Shown here in pieces: positions 28,255 through 36,882 of a DNA stretch of 64,000 bases; within the stretch, counting starts at the first letter, position 1, and each line of letters starts with the position of its first letter. The stretch covers positions 278,994 through 342,993 of the forward strand of contig JBAQNJ010000001.1 in assembly GCA_049303675.1 (NCBI GenBank), written 5' to 3'. Position numbers and translations under genes: made by a program. The notes under the pieces are model-generated. The model worked only from the letters and a program-made list of their open reading frames with translations, searched no databases and was not told the DNA's origin. The DNA comes from Microgenomates group bacterium. Its GTDB lineage: Bacteria; Patescibacteriota; Microgenomatia; UBA12405.

Positions 28255-28545
28255 CTAGTGACTCAAAAAATCAAACCCCTGTGCCGCCAATCTCATTCTC
28301 ATTACCCCCGCAATCAGCTCTTTATCCCATTCTTCCTGTGCCGATTTCACTTCTCTGGCCTTATCCTCAGCCATTCTCGCCTCTGGGCTCATGGCTTCTC
28401 TTCTAGCAACGGATCTCTCTAACAATTTTGTAAATTCTTCTTTTGCTGCCAACGCCCTAGGGGTAAAACTGCTTCCAGCCCCAGAGAGAGTCTCTATCCA
28501 TCTCTGGTCATTCTTACCATCATCCATTTTGCTTCTCATCCCCAA
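28255..28545 (-). CDS. Hypothetical protein
   Basis: 96-aa K/E/R/A-rich ORF. Confidence 0.4.
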   Translation of the reverse strand: MGMRSKMDDGKNDQRWIETLSGAGSSFTPRALAAKEEFTKLLERSVARREAMSPEARMAEDKAREVKSAQEEWDKELIAGVMRMRLAAQGFDFLSH

Positions 28546-28802
28546 TTATATCCTATTTTTTTACCAACCCGATCTATTGCCGAGTATACAACCACCACTT
28601 GTTTCGCCAACGCCTCATCAATTTCTGCCGAAGATGCTCCCATTGGCAGTAGTAGCCCCCGAGGGAATATGGCTCTGCCTGTACCTACTGGTATTGGCAC
28701 TCGGCACTCTATACAAGCTGTATGAGGAAAGCTAGGTATTCCCCCACATGGCTCTTTTTTTTTCCAATCTTCTTGCGGACAATCTCTTGGTACTTTTCCC
28801 AT
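28536..28802 (-). CDS. Hypothetical Cys-containing small protein
   Basis: Start moved to MGKVPRD, 5 nt after TGATATACC. Cys pairs CPQ...PCGG and CIEC. Confidence 0.35.
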   Translation of the reverse strand: MGKVPRDCPQEDWKKKEPCGGIPSFPHTACIECRVPIPVGTGRAIFPRGLLLPMGASSAEIDEALAKQVVVVYSAIDRVGKKIGYNWG

Positions 28803-28824
28803 ACAGAGGTATATCACACTTTCA

Positions 28825-29106
28825 CTACAAAAATTTTACCCCAAACACAACTTGTACAATTTGCGCCACAAAATAGGCCACAAATATAATGATGAATCCA
28901 ATTATCGCCGCCGAAATCTTGCCATAGCCATCTTTTGATTTGGCTTGGTCCCCGCCAGCAGTCATCAGGGTAATTCCTCCCACAATCAACATCACTAGCA
29001 TCGCCAATCCGGCAATGACGTACACATATGGTAAAACTGCACTAATCACCGACCCAATAGTCGGAAACTTAGTACTAATCGCATCAGTTGGAAGTGTTAC
29101 TGCCAT
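28825..29106 (-). CDS. TrbC/VirB2-like (T4SS-pilin-like) two-TM protein
   Basis: VGGITLMTAGGDQAKSKDGYGKISAAIIGFIIIFVAYF matches the ..GG(D/N)p.k....k....a.iGl.i. pattern of CPR T4SS-pilin-like proteins. Confidence 0.6.
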   Translation of the reverse strand: MAVTLPTDAISTKFPTIGSVISAVLPYVYVIAGLAMLVMLIVGGITLMTAGGDQAKSKDGYGKISAAIIGFIIIFVAYFVAQIVQVVFGVKFL

Positions 29107-29107
29107 A

Positions 29108-29500
29108 TTAATTTATTCCGGGAATTTTTAATATTCCTACGGCCAATAGTCGTAGTAAAAAAAGTGCAAAAATAGACACTAGTAGTCCCGTAATCGCCGA
29201 TGTCACCGTTTCTTGCGCCCCTGCCACTTTCTTGGGATCTCCTCCCGAGGTGGTTAGTAGGAAAAATCCGTAACACATTAGTAGAAATGCAATTCCCCCC
29301 GCCACTCCAAACATCGAAGGTAGCAGCCACGCTACAAATTGATCTATTTTTACCGGTACACAGCCAAAGGCAGTATTTACCTTGGGATCATTACCAGTTT
29401 GGCAAAATGCTTTATTGGTCGCTGCCATAATTGGGCTGACTGTATTTATCATCAACACCGTCACAATTACAGCAACCTTCGCCAATTTCCCAAAATTCAT
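29108..29500 (-). CDS. TrbC/VirB2-like (T4SS-pilin-like) protein with signal peptide
   Basis: FFLLTTSGGDPKKVAGAQETVTSAITGLLVSIFALF. Start moved to MNFGKLAKV, 5 nt after TGATATACT. Confidence 0.55.
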   Translation of the reverse strand: MNFGKLAKVAVIVTVLMINTVSPIMAATNKAFCQTGNDPKVNTAFGCVPVKIDQFVAWLLPSMFGVAGGIAFLLMCYGFFLLTTSGGDPKKVAGAQETVTSAITGLLVSIFALFLLRLLAVGILKIPGIN

Positions 29501-29525
29501 ACACAAGTATATCATGCACACCTAA

Positions 29526-31226
29526 ATGATAAACTTACTAGTGATCCAAAAAATGCTTTTCTTTTTTACTTTTTACTTTTTACTTTTTACTTTCGTCCCC
29601 CATGTTTTTGCCGATATAAATGATGATATAGCGCAGCTTAGTAAACAAATTTCCGCCCTAGATGCTGCCATCGCCCCCCTCAAAAAAGAATCTACCGGAC
29701 TCTCCGCCAAAATTTCCTCAGCCAAAGCCACCATTCTCAAAACCGAAAAACAAATTACCGACCTTGGTGTCCGCCTGATTGACAAGGAGGCGGATCTCGA
29801 AGTCCAAAAAACTCTTCTCTCTTCTCGAGTTCGTCGTTATTACATCAACACCAAAAAATACAATCCACTCCTCATCTTTTTTGCCTCTACCGAGAGTACT
29901 TCTCTCCTCCGCCAATATTCTTGGTATCAATCAATTATTAGTACTGATCGCAATACCATTGTTGGCTATGTCAACGATATTAATTCTCTTAATCAAAATA
30001 AAATAAAATTAGAAGCTGAAAAAGTCAAATTGGCCGTCATCAAAAAAAATCTTGAATCCCGTTTTGGCTTTTTAGCCGGTGAAATCCAAAAAGCCGAGGC
30101 CTACAAAAATGAACTTAGCAAAAAACAGCAAGCCTTAATCGCCGAGAAAACCGCTATGTTCAACACCAGCGTTGGTGACGTCTCCTCATCCGACGATCCC
30201 GCCTCTAGATCCGATTATAATCCGGGGTTTTCCCCTGCTTTTGCTGTCTTTTCTTTTGGCGCCCCCCATCGTAAAGGTATGTCCCAATACGGTGCTTTTG
30301 GTCGATCCAAGGCAGGGCAATCCGCCGAAACCATTCTCAAGGCCTACTATGGCGATATTCGTCTCGAGAAAATGGACTCACCAGCTTCAATCCGCACCAC
30401 AGTTGGTATCCTTCCCTTCGAAGATAATTACTTAGTCGGTATCGCCGAAATGCCCGCTAGTTGGGGAGATTTAGGTGGCTATGAAGCACTCAAAGCTCAG
30501 GCCATTGCCGCTCGCACTTATGCCATCAATTCCACCAACAATTTATCCGGCACTATTTGTGTCACCGAGGCTTGTCAGGTCTACAGTCGTTCCCGACTCA
30601 ATTCACCGGGGCGCTGGCGTCAGGCAGTTATTGATACTCGGGGTATAGTTATCAAAAGCAACAAAACTGGCCGAGTTTTCTCCACCATGTATGCTTCGAC
30701 TTCTGGTGGGGCCATCACTTCATATTCCAGTTCCGATCACAGCACTCCTATGGTTTGGGATACCACTTGTGGCAGCCAGTCCTGCTGGCCATCTGGAGCC
30801 TACGAAAAATCAGCAGGTTCTTCGTGGTATTACAAGGGTTGGTACAAGACTCGTAGCAATGTCTCCGCCGGTCGATCTCATCCATGGTTAAATCAAGAGG
30901 AATTTTCCGACATTATCAATGCTATTATTTATTTTTCCAAAAACAAAGACTCTTCTCATTTATCTCAAATCCAAAATTGTCTCGGTTCCTGTGATTCAAA
31001 TGCGTGGTCTAGGGACGAACTTCGTAGGCAAGTAGGCAACGCCGTAAGTTCAGTCAACTCTGTCTCTGTTGACTATTCTACCGCTGGCTATACCCAAACC
31101 GTTCGAGTCAGTACCGACAAAGGTGATTTTAGCTTTAATGGCACAGACTTTAAAGAAATATTTACCCTCCGTGCCCCAGGTGCCCTGACTGCTAAATCCA
31201 GTCTCTTCAATATTGAGAAAAAATAA
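29526..31226 (+). CDS. SpoIID/LytB-domain protein with N-terminal coiled coil
   Basis: GYEALKAQAIAARTYAI and CVTEACQVY are SpoIID motifs. The N-terminal half is heptad-rich. The alternative start at 29553 gives the signal peptide MLFFFTFYFLLFTFVPHVFA. Confidence 0.75.
   Translation: MINLLVIQKMLFFFTFYFLLFTFVPHVFADINDDIAQLSKQISALDAAIAPLKKESTGLSAKISSAKATILKTEKQITDLGVRLIDKEADLEVQKTLLSSRVRRYYINTKKYNPLLIFFASTESTSLLRQYSWYQSIISTDRNTIVGYVNDINSLNQNKIKLEAEKVKLAVIKKNLESRFGFLAGEIQKAEAYKNELSKKQQALIAEKTAMFNTSVGDVSSSDDPASRSDYNPGFSPAFAVFSFGAPHRKGMSQYGAFGRSKAGQSAETILKAYYGDIRLEKMDSPASIRTTVGILPFEDNYLVGIAEMPASWGDLGGYEALKAQAIAARTYAINSTNNLSGTICVTEACQVYSRSRLNSPGRWRQAVIDTRGIVIKSNKTGRVFSTMYASTSGGAITSYSSSDHSTPMVWDTTCGSQSCWPSGAYEKSAGSSWYYKGWYKTRSNVSAGRSHPWLNQEEFSDIINAIIYFSKNKDSSHLSQIQNCLGSCDSNAWSRDELRRQVGNAVSSVNSVSVDYSTAGYTQTVRVSTDKGDFSFNGTDFKEIFTLRAPGALTAKSSLFNIEKK
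29563..29597 (+). repeat. Tandem heptamer array (TTTTTAC)x4 + TTTCGTC
   Basis: Read directly. Encodes the signal/TM peptide FYFLLFTF of the SpoIID-like ORF. Confidence 0.9.
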
Positions 31227-31311
31227 TCCTCTCCAATTTATTAACTCAATCAATTTGATAAAAAACCTATCTTGATGTAAAATCTCACTCAAATTAGCCA
31301 AGCACCTATTT

Positions 31312-31632
31312 ATGAGCATTCATCTAATCGCCATTGCCCTCCATGGCCCAAATCATCCCCCAGTTATTGAAATTAATGATGATCAACAACCAAACTTTTC
31401 ACATAACAGTGGTCTTCCTTATCGTCGGACAGCTGTGCCTATTTTTTCCGGTGATGACATTGTTGCTGCCGATAAGGGCGATATCGGGACGGTTGATCTA
31501 AGGTTCAAAAACAAAGATGGAAATACTGTTTTCAAACCAATACTAGACTTAAAACCAGGTGAGCTCTGTTCCGCTACCACCACTAATCTTCCCAGTGGCC
31601 ACAGATATACATTTATTTTGCAACGTCTCTAA
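31312..31632 (+). CDS. Hypothetical protein
   Basis: 106-aa ORF. Confidence 0.35.
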   Translation: MSIHLIAIALHGPNHPPVIEINDDQQPNFSHNSGLPYRRTAVPIFSGDDIVAADKGDIGTVDLRFKNKDGNTVFKPILDLKPGELCSATTTNLPSGHRYTFILQRL

Positions 31633-31691
31633 AATCTGTACTCATCTATGCTTTTTCTAACCAGTGGGGGACCAACATTTCCCGTCGCACT

Positions 31692-32171
31692 TTGCTGGAA
31701 TTAGAGAAAAAATTGCCAAAAAACAATTTGCTAAATTATCAAATTGTTTATTTTCATCCCAAAACTTTTTTCAATAAATATATAAAAAGTTTTTGCACCC
31801 CTTCCCCCTTGTTAAAGGGGGATCGAGGGGGATTAATCATTGGTCTTGGCGATTTCTTTGGTGACATTACCAAAATCCGTCTCGAAACTATTACCCATAA
31901 TCAATATGCTCAAAACTCAATTTATCCATTTTCACCCATCAATTTAGATATTTCGCTGCCACCACTGGAAGATATTGACGAAAGAATCTTTACCGTTAGT
32001 GAACACATGGGCAAATACAATTGCAACTGGATTGTCTATTCTACCGAATTATATATCCGTCAACATGCCCCAGCCACAAAGCAATTATTTTTTCACCTGC
32101 CCCGTTCCCAAAATGCCACCATTTTAGCCTCTCAAATATACAATTTGCTCAATAATAATCAAATAATTTAG
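31692..32171 (+). CDS. Hypothetical protein (contains a REP-like repeat in frame)
   Basis: 159-aa ORF. The repeat is translated as SPLLKGDRGGL. Confidence 0.35.
   Translation: MLELEKKLPKNNLLNYQIVYFHPKTFFNKYIKSFCTPSPLLKGDRGGLIIGLGDFFGDITKIRLETITHNQYAQNSIYPFSPINLDISLPPLEDIDERIFTVSEHMGKYNCNWIVYSTELYIRQHAPATKQLFFHLPRSQNATILASQIYNLLNNNQII
31803..31834 (+). repeat. REP-like element, short form (copy A)
   Basis: TCCCCCTT-GTTA-AAGGGGGA-TCGA-GGGGGATT. Confidence 0.85.
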
Positions 32172-32175
32172 TGTT

Positions 32176-32218
32176 TTCCCCCTTTTCAAGGGGGAAGCGG
32201 CGTAGCCGAGGGGGTTTT
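32176..32218 (+). repeat. REP-like element, long two-hairpin form (copy B)
   Basis: TTCCCCCTTTTCAAGGGGGAAGCGGCGTAGCCGAGGGGGTTTT. It abuts the TGTTATAAT promoter of 32235. Confidence 0.9.
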
Positions 32219-32234
32219 GATGTTATAATTAACC

Positions 32235-32942
32235 ATGCCTCGAATCAAAGATGTTGATAATGTCGCTCCTGACGATTTAATTACTTCCCCAAAAACTAAT
32301 TTAACTATAAATACAAATCCAATTATAAAATCACCCAACAAGTTGGTCGATACAGAGACTTTAAACGACAAGGTTTACTCAATTTTTGGTCACACCAAGT
32401 CCTCATTTTCCTCTGCCCTAGTTTTCCCTCATGTCTTTAGTTTTGCCGAGCAGGACGACGATGAAAAAATTCTCGTCGCTATGCGTCCCCATTGGTTCAC
32501 CAATGTTTCTTGGATTTTCACCTCTATTTTTTTATTTCTCCTTCCTAGCCTAATCCATTTTGTTCCCCTTATCAACACCCTCCCGTGGAACTACCAGTTT
32601 GTCATTACCCTCTCTTGGTATCTAATCGCCATTGCCTACACTTTCGAGAAATTTATGGGCTGGTATTTCGATGTCTATATTATTACTGACCGTCGGGTCA
32701 TTGACATCGACTTTATCAATCTCCTTACCAAAAAATACGCCGAAGCAGATATATCCAAGATACAAGATGTCTCCTCGAAGGTTTCTGGTGTTAGCCAGAC
32801 ATTCTTCAATTATGGCTCAGTTCTCATCCAGACCGCCTCCGAAGTCAATGAATTGCACTTTGACAAAGTTGCCAATCCCGAAAAAATTGTCAAAATATTA
32901 CAGGAATTAGGCGAGTTAGAAGAATCCAAACACCATGAATAA
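32235..32942 (+). CDS. Membrane protein, possible bacterial PH (YdbT-like) domain
   Basis: Two central TM helices followed by DRRVIDIDF....ADISKIQDVS....SVLIQTA. This is a weak domain call. Confidence 0.4.
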   Translation: MPRIKDVDNVAPDDLITSPKTNLTINTNPIIKSPNKLVDTETLNDKVYSIFGHTKSSFSSALVFPHVFSFAEQDDDEKILVAMRPHWFTNVSWIFTSIFLFLLPSLIHFVPLINTLPWNYQFVITLSWYLIAIAYTFEKFMGWYFDVYIITDRRVIDIDFINLLTKKYAEADISKIQDVSSKVSGVSQTFFNYGSVLIQTASEVNELHFDKVANPEKIVKILQELGELEESKHHE

Positions 32943-33150
32943 TCTCAATCTCTATTTTTTACTGGCCCAAAAATTTTCTTTTGTTCTCGGTTCTATTATT
33001 TATCTTGTTTTTGCCCTAATTGTGGTGAAGCAAACTACTATGATGAGTAAAAACGTTATCGACAAATTCAATCCTGTTCTGATCTCCATTGCCTATCTCC
33101 ACCTCGCCTTTTCCATATTTCTCGTCTTCCTTACTTTAGTAATACTCTAA
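32935..33150 (+). CDS. Hypothetical small membrane protein
   Basis: 71 aa with two hydrophobic helices. Overlaps the upstream stop by 8 nt. Confidence 0.35.
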   Translation: MNNLNLYFLLAQKFSFVLGSIIYLVFALIVVKQTTMMSKNVIDKFNPVLISIAYLHLAFSIFLVFLTLVIL

Positions 33151-33188
33151 CAAAGATTATCCCCCTCTTTCGTCAATATAGTTTGTAC

Positions 33189-33234
33189 TTCTCCCTTTTT
33201 CAAGGGGAGATGCGGCGAAGCCGAGAGGGGTTTT
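33189..33234 (+). repeat. REP-like element, long form (copy C)
   Basis: TTCTCCCTTTTTCAAGGGGAGATGCGGCGAAGCCGAGAGGGGTTTT. It abuts the promoter/ATG of 33250. Confidence 0.9.
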
Positions 33235-33249
33235 GTAGTATCATTAATC

Positions 33250-35052
33250 ATGCACTTTATTTGTCGATCTTTCCTCGGTCAAGCACAGCCCAATTCTTGG
33301 TCTCAGTATTGGGAGAACGAACCAGAGGATCAGGCTCTCGCTGCCAATCGTGGCCATCTTTTTGCCCTGCTCAATCTTGTCGTTGATCAAAATATCCCCA
33401 CTAGCGATATCGGTCATCGGCTTATCAATGAACTCAATCAACAATATTTTTCTTCATCCCTTGATCCAATTCCCGTTTCACTGACGCAGGCTATCCAGAC
33501 AGTTGTCAATCAACCAGCCTACAACTTACTCGACATTTCTCTGACTATCGCCATTATTCACCAGTCCCAGCTCTATCTGGCTATGTACAACTCCGGTTAT
33601 GTTTTTCTCGTTCGCCAGCATCAGTTCTCTCAGCTTCTTAGCGGCACCACCTCGAAGGTCAATCTCGTCTCTGGCCTGATTGCCCCCGATGACATTATCT
33701 TTATTTGCACTCAAAATTTTTATGACAATGCTACCCTAAATGGTATCAAGAGTTACCTGTCATTAGGCAAAACAGAAGACATTGAGGAGAGCATTATGGC
33801 CGACATTTACACTTTTACCGAGCAGGCCACCCTCGCTTCCCTCCTCATCGGAATTCACCCCGATGTCGATACCCCTTCCCCTCTTCCTGACAGCCCCGAG
33901 CCTAGTTCTCCCCCAGTTTCTGAGGTTATTTCTCCTCCCGATGTCTACATTTCCCACCTCGACTCTACCGCCATCAAAAATCGTCGTTATTTCAACATCA
34001 TTATTGCCATCATTTTGATTTTAGCCCTGTCTGTCAGTGTTTTCTTTGGCAATCAGCGTAATCAAAAAAATAATTTACAAACCAAATATCAGACCCTCAA
34101 ATCAGCCTATCAGGCCAAAATGAGTAGTGCTCTAGCCACCAAAAATATCAATCTCGAAGAGGCCCAGAAGATTGCTGCCGAGGCCAAAAGTATCGCCCTC
34201 GAATTGCAGTCTCTCAAGATAAATTCAGCCGAATCATCCCAGTTATTAGCTGATGCCCTCAATATACTGTCCCAAACTGGTTCTGCCGACAGTTACTCAC
34301 CCCAAGACTACTACGACACCACCGATCTCAACTCTGCTGCGAATTATTCTCATCTTATTTCTGCCAAAAACTTTTTATATCTCCTCGATCAGACTTCAGG
34401 TCGTCTCGACCGCCTCGATCTAGCCGCCAAAAGCAAACAAAAAATTATCCAAAATGATCAACTAAAAAATGCCACCGATATCGCCGAAAATAATGGTCAA
34501 CTCTACCTCCTCATCGACAAAAAAATCTATCAAGTTAGTGGCACTTCCCTTAATTCAGTTATTGATATTCCCACCGACATTCCCGACTTCACCTCCGGCA
34601 AAATCCACTTTTGGAACAGTAGTCTCTATCTTCTTGGCACCAACATTTGGAAATTCACCCCCTCAGGCACCTCCTTTTCTCAGGCCCAAGTCTGGCTCAA
34701 GGATGGCAACAATTTACCACCCACTAGTTCCTCATTGGCCATCAATGGCCAAGTTTGGGTCTTAGCCAAGTCAGGGGATCTTTCCTCCTACACTCGGGGT
34801 ACCCGCGATGCCACCCCGCCCCATATTGCCACCAATTTATCAGCCGCCGATCACTTAGTTGTTTCTCTTGACTCAGAAATTATTTCCTTTGTCGATGGCA
34901 GTTCCGTTGTTTATATTTATCACAAATCTACCGCATCCGCCTCCAAATACAATTTTGGCAATCGTCAGATTCTTAGTACCGCTCTCGATTCTACTAACAA
35001 TCGTCTTTTAGTTCTCTGTGCCGACAAAAAAATCTACCAAATTAAATTATAG
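33250..35052 (+). CDS. Hypothetical single-pass membrane protein (globular N-domain, Pro-rich linker, TM, coiled coil, repeat-rich C-domain)
   Basis: 600 aa. PSPLPDSPEPSSPPVSEVISPP linker and TM segment YFNIIIAIILILALSVSVFF. No family recognised. Confidence 0.45.
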   Translation: MHFICRSFLGQAQPNSWSQYWENEPEDQALAANRGHLFALLNLVVDQNIPTSDIGHRLINELNQQYFSSSLDPIPVSLTQAIQTVVNQPAYNLLDISLTIAIIHQSQLYLAMYNSGYVFLVRQHQFSQLLSGTTSKVNLVSGLIAPDDIIFICTQNFYDNATLNGIKSYLSLGKTEDIEESIMADIYTFTEQATLASLLIGIHPDVDTPSPLPDSPEPSSPPVSEVISPPDVYISHLDSTAIKNRRYFNIIIAIILILALSVSVFFGNQRNQKNNLQTKYQTLKSAYQAKMSSALATKNINLEEAQKIAAEAKSIALELQSLKINSAESSQLLADALNILSQTGSADSYSPQDYYDTTDLNSAANYSHLISAKNFLYLLDQTSGRLDRLDLAAKSKQKIIQNDQLKNATDIAENNGQLYLLIDKKIYQVSGTSLNSVIDIPTDIPDFTSGKIHFWNSSLYLLGTNIWKFTPSGTSFSQAQVWLKDGNNLPPTSSSLAINGQVWVLAKSGDLSSYTRGTRDATPPHIATNLSAADHLVVSLDSEIISFVDGSSVVYIYHKSTASASKYNFGNRQILSTALDSTNNRLLVLCADKKIYQIKL

Positions 35053-35071
35053 TAGTTTTTTTGTACAACTT

Positions 35072-35080
35072 TGATATAAT
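35072..35080 (+). promoter_or_regulatory. Extended -10 promoter TGATATAAT of a leaderless gene
   Basis: TGATATAAT-TTGATT-ATG. The identical 18-mer occurs on the minus strand at 40074-40057. Confidence 0.6.
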
Positions 35081-35086
35081 TTGATT

Positions 35087-35575
35087 ATGCCAGTTGATAA
35101 AACCCATCGAGAAATATTAGACCATGCCATCAACATTGCCTATCAAAACGCCACCAAATTCACTGCTCGCCAGCCAAATAGTGACTTCGCTACCACCTCT
35201 GCAGAAATAGATAGTTCTCGGGGTAAAGCCCATTTGTCAATTGGTGTCACTCGAACACAGCAAGGGCTAGATACCGAAGTCAGTCTTCAGCCAGCAGGTA
35301 GTGGTAAAGGCAATGACTGGAGCTATCGACTTGTATCCCAAACCGTCTGGCCAGATATCTACGGTCAACTAGTTGGAACTATGGACCATTACCCAGAAAC
35401 ACAAGGCATGACTGCCTCAGAAGCATTGGAAGTTTTACAGAAGACCTCACCCATAGAAATATCTTTTCCAAGGCGAGAACAACATTCATCTGAGGAAATC
35501 AGCTTTTTTCTACTGAGGGGAGATGGCAGAAGTGTGATTGACGATCTAGCTCGAATGGTCCGACCCCGTCGATAA
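35087..35575 (+). CDS. Hypothetical protein
   Basis: Start moved from TTG 35081 to ATG 35087, 6 nt after the -10 box. Confidence 0.4.
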   Translation: MPVDKTHREILDHAINIAYQNATKFTARQPNSDFATTSAEIDSSRGKAHLSIGVTRTQQGLDTEVSLQPAGSGKGNDWSYRLVSQTVWPDIYGQLVGTMDHYPETQGMTASEALEVLQKTSPIEISFPRREQHSSEEISFFLLRGDGRSVIDDLARMVRPRR

Positions 35576-35577
35576 AA

Positions 35578-36006
35578 TTATCGTTTTTTTCTATCCAATA
35601 TTACGTCAATATATCCCGTTTTCACCCCTTCTGCTTGAGGTCTGCCCACGCCCATCATCAAAAAATACATTTTTTCTTCGCTTGCCGGCATGTCTTTTAT
35701 CCAAGCATCAGTTTTAGACATCGGTTCGATTATTTGCAAGTGGCCCACACACCTACTATCAGGATTTTCTCCTCTAGGTGTCAAATAAGTTATATTTTTT
35801 AGTGCTCGAAGTTGTTCTAGCGTCAAGCCTTCCTCTTCCCCTAACATAGTTTCAAAATTTTTTTGAGTATGTTCGGCAATTTCTTTATGAAAATCACTTG
35901 CCCTAGGTATTAGTATGAGTGCAAAAATATCCTTATTGACTGCATCCATCATTTGGGCTGAAGCTTTCAATTTCTTATAATACTCTCTAAATTTCTCGTC
36001 ATCCAT
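35578..36006 (-). CDS. Hypothetical protein
   Basis: 142 aa. TGATATAAT + 6 nt + ATG. Confidence 0.4.
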   Translation of the reverse strand: MDDEKFREYYKKLKASAQMMDAVNKDIFALILIPRASDFHKEIAEHTQKNFETMLGEEEGLTLEQLRALKNITYLTPRGENPDSRCVGHLQIIEPMSKTDAWIKDMPASEEKMYFLMMGVGRPQAEGVKTGYIDVILDRKKR

Positions 36007-36046
36007 ATCATTATTATATCAATAAAGCCCATAATATACAATGTTT

Positions 36047-36089
36047 TTCTCCCTTGTCATAGGGAGAAGCGGCTGTGCCGAGAGGGATT
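36047..36089 (+). repeat. REP-like element, long form (copy D)
   Basis: TTCTCCCTTGTCATAGGGAGAAGCGGCTGTGCCGAGAGGGATT. Confidence 0.9.
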
Positions 36090-36155
36090 GAAATATGAGA
36101 TAATCACTTAGTTTGTTTTATTCATAAATCATATTTCTTATTTCATACACCAACT

Positions 36156-36566
36156 ATGAGGTACTTCAATCGAGATTCACTCGACTACGAGTTCAAAGAC
36201 AAGTACGAAGCAGGCCTCGTCCTCACTGGTTCTGATGCCAAATCTCTCCGGACTCAGGGAGTCCTCTTCAATGGCTCCAAAATCGAGATAATTGATGGTA
36301 TTCCTACAGTTTTCAATCTGACTATCGAGCCCTACAAGTATTCCCAAAACCAATCGATCGACACCACTCGGGAACGAAAAATCTTATTATCGCAGAGGGA
36401 AATAGCCAAGTTAATTAGTCTCCGCAATCAAAAATATATGATCATCCCCATCAGTATATTTTTGAAGCACAATTGGTTCAAAATGGAAATTGGTGTCGGC
36501 CGCAAGCTCCGCAAATACGAAAAAAGAGAAAAAATCAAAGCCAAGGATTCTCTACGTCACTCCTAA
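36156..36566 (+). CDS. smpB: SsrA-binding protein SmpB
   Basis: EFKDKYEAGLVLTGSDAKSLR...RERKILLSQREIAKL...GRKLRKYEKREKIK matches the SmpB pattern. Confidence 0.85.
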   Translation: MRYFNRDSLDYEFKDKYEAGLVLTGSDAKSLRTQGVLFNGSKIEIIDGIPTVFNLTIEPYKYSQNQSIDTTRERKILLSQREIAKLISLRNQKYMIIPISIFLKHNWFKMEIGVGRKLRKYEKREKIKAKDSLRHS

Positions 36567-36567
36567 A

Positions 36568-36804
36568 CTAGCCAATTTTTCCCTTTTCTGTCTGAACTAG
36601 GGGACCAGTCACTTCCAATTTTTGTCGACCTCTTAGTACCGCAAGTTCTGATTTTTTCACTACCGTCCCAATCCTCACCTGATTATCATCAGTTCCATAG
36701 ACCACTGTATCATCACCCACAGTTTGTATTTCTTTCACCAAAATACGCCCGCTATTTGTCGGCCAGATAAATGGTTTTTCCACTATATTGTTATCATTTG
36801 ACAC
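36568..36804 (-). CDS. Hypothetical small protein
   Basis: 78-aa ORF. Confidence 0.3.
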   Translation of the reverse strand: MSNDNNIVEKPFIWPTNSGRILVKEIQTVGDDTVVYGTDDNQVRIGTVVKKSELAVLRGRQKLEVTGPLVQTEKGKIG

Positions 36805-36882
36805 ATCGCTAATCTATCATATTATTGTCATTTTTTCTCCTTGTTGCTGGCCAATGCCCCTAGTTTGTAGTAACCTATATGT

